Source: an uncultured delta proteobacterium (GTDB lineage: Bacteria > Desulfobacterota > Binatia > Bin18). Taken from it: 64,000 bases of DNA. Within the stretch, counting starts at the first letter, position 1. Every line of letters begins with the position of its first letter. The notes under the pieces are model-generated. The model did no database searches, was not told the DNA's origin, and saw only the letters and a list, made by a program, of their open reading frames with translations. The DNA lies in NCBI GenBank assembly GCA_963733195.1, contig CAVTCR010000028.1, positions 1 to 64,000 of the forward strand. The letters are read 5' to 3'. A program made the position numbers and the translations under genes. Shown here one piece after another: positions 62,552 to 64,000 of this stretch.

Positions 62552-63391
62552 CTTGGCAACGCCGAAGCCCATCGTGGTCTTTGCGCCTACACCGGCATAG
62601 AAAGCAAAATCCGCCAGCGCGTTCAGCGTCTTGATGATGCCTTGGTCATGCAATTCCACCAAGCGGAAGGAGCAAGAGCCCACGAAACCAGGGAAGGTCG
62701 TGGTGCGATACTGACCACCATCGCGTTGAAATATCAATCGCGCTACTTGTGACGAGACGTGATGGTAAGTCATTTCGAGGTGGTGGCAGCAAATCTCTTT
62801 GAGTAGATTTGCCTCGACAAAAGACGCAGGTGAAAATTGGTTCCAGTTGCGCAGCAAACTGCCGAAGATCAAATCCGGCAACGGGAAAGGCACGATCAGG
62901 TCTGGATAAGCAGGCCCACCACCGCGCTTAAAGAACGTCGGCGTGGCGAACTGGAAGGAGAATATTTTCTCCTCATCAGAAGCGCTCTTATACATCTCAT
63001 CAAACGACACACACCCAGCCCACTCTTCGCCACTTTGCGGAGTGCTTAGAACGCGAGCGACCGTCAGTTCAGTCCGCACGAGATCGAAACTCAAGTCAGG
63101 GGTAGACAAGAAATAGCGCGCCAGCAGCGGGTAGAGCGAGTCATCGAGAAATGCGAAGCGCACTTTGAGTTCTTCACCAGCACGGATGTGATCAGAGCGG
63201 CGTTGTCGCTCGTTCAACAGGAGTGCTGTAGAGAAAGGTTTCAGTCCTTCGGTGCTGTGGACCTCATCACCTTTGACGGCACTGGCTTTTTGCAGGAGTT
63301 CATAAAACAAACCGTGCAGGATCTTCCCTTGTGCATGCATGAGCGGAAGGTCTGTTCGCGGAAACGCATGAATGACAATAGCGTAGGGCAT
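62543..63391 (-). CDS. cas6: CRISPR-associated endoribonuclease Cas6
   Basis: KPFS, FATPTFFK, G-rich loop FYAGVGAKTTMGFG. Confidence 0.93.
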   Translation of the reverse strand: MPYAIVIHAFPRTDLPLMHAQGKILHGLFYELLQKASAVKGDEVHSTEGLKPFSTALLLNERQRRSDHIRAGEELKVRFAFLDDSLYPLLARYFLSTPDLSFDLVRTELTVARVLSTPQSGEEWAGCVSFDEMYKSASDEEKIFSFQFATPTFFKRGGGPAYPDLIVPFPLPDLIFGSLLRNWNQFSPASFVEANLLKEICCHHLEMTYHHVSSQVARLIFQRDGGQYRTTTFPGFVGSCSFRLVELHDQGIIKTLNALADFAFYAGVGAKTTMGFGVAKRI

Positions 63392-63443
63392 TGCTGATAC
63401 CTCGACTTTCACAATGAACCAAAGGGTAGGGTACGGCGCTTTG

Positions 63444-64000
63444 TCACCGGTACACCTTTCCCCCTTTGATGACGTGGGTTACGTGCTGCAGGTTGTTCAG
63501 ATTTTCCAGAACATTGCCTTTGACGACGATAACATCGGCGAGCTTCCCGGCTTCGATGGTCCCTAGATGCGCTCCCTGTCCCATCACCAAGGCAGGCCAC
63601 TTGGTCGCCGCGCTGATCACTTGCAGCGGCGTCATGCCATGCTGCGCCATCAGTTGCATTTCTCGCCAGGTTGACTCGGTGTGAAAATTGATCGGCGTGC
63701 CGGAATCCGTGCCGATCACGATGCGCACGCCGGCGTTGATAAGTTGTCGCCAGCGTCCCGGACCGCTCGCAATCCAGCCCGGCGCCCAAGCGAAATACTG
63801 CAATCCTGTGAAGTTACTGAGGGACTGCTCCAGGTCCTGCACGAGGTCGGGAGGAAAATCCTGCCGCACTTCCTGGTTGAAGCGACGCTCGGGAAACTCC
63901 TGCGTCAGTTTATACACCCAGGCGACAATGCCGGTTGGCACAACAACCGTCTGCTTTTCAATCAGCAACTTGATGACATCATCGGCGTAGGGCAGCGCGC
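63444..64000 (-). CDS. Amidohydrolase family protein, C-terminal part
   Basis: IGTDSG, GMTPLQVISAAT, GTIEAGKLADVIVV, VIKGG. Confidence 0.88.
   Translation of the reverse strand, partial: ALPYADDVIKLLIEKQTVVVPTGIVAWVYKLTQEFPERRFNQEVRQDFPPDLVQDLEQSLSNFTGLQYFAWAPGWIASGPGRWRQLINAGVRIVIGTDSGTPINFHTESTWREMQLMAQHGMTPLQVISAATKWPALVMGQGAHLGTIEAGKLADVIVVKGNVLENLNNLQHVTHVIKGGKVYR

Overview
64-kb bacterial window, apparently from an error-prone long-read assembly: single-base frameshifts hit even essential genes such as accB. Gene content and intergenic repeats suggest a deltaproteobacterial/Binatia-like host (inference only). In order: a frameshifted cytochrome P450 and a Baeyer-Villiger monooxygenase; IS6/IS110 scars; a three-gene cytoplasmic protease island (alpha/beta-hydrolase::prodomain::S8 fusion, a second S8, and a free-standing prodomain mimic); then a core region (lipid kinase, PAS kinase, pbpC + alpha-2-macroglobulin, MoxR, aroQ-accB-accC, mfd). 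The 3' end of mfd is the target of two tandem integrated elements (att repeats at 30677, 47847-47954 and 52325-52390) that separate mfd from surA-pdxA-PMM/PGM. Element 1 (~17 kb) looks like a phage satellite, with integrase at one end, TerS at the other and no structural genes. It carries superinfection-immunity, HIRAN and PEP-CTERM genes, a duplicated RHH-like/hairpin module, and an integrase-less integron array (3 cassettes with matching R boxes, 3 homologous attI-like platforms). Element 2 (~4.5 kb, no integrase) carries a three-gene coiled-coil operon. The window ends with a CRISPR array (10 repeats, one split by an IS630-type element) and cas2-hicA-hicB(IS5)-cas1-cas4-cas6, with no interference genes next to it. 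The best candidates for an undescribed system are the protease island and the integron-bearing satellite with its tandem passenger.
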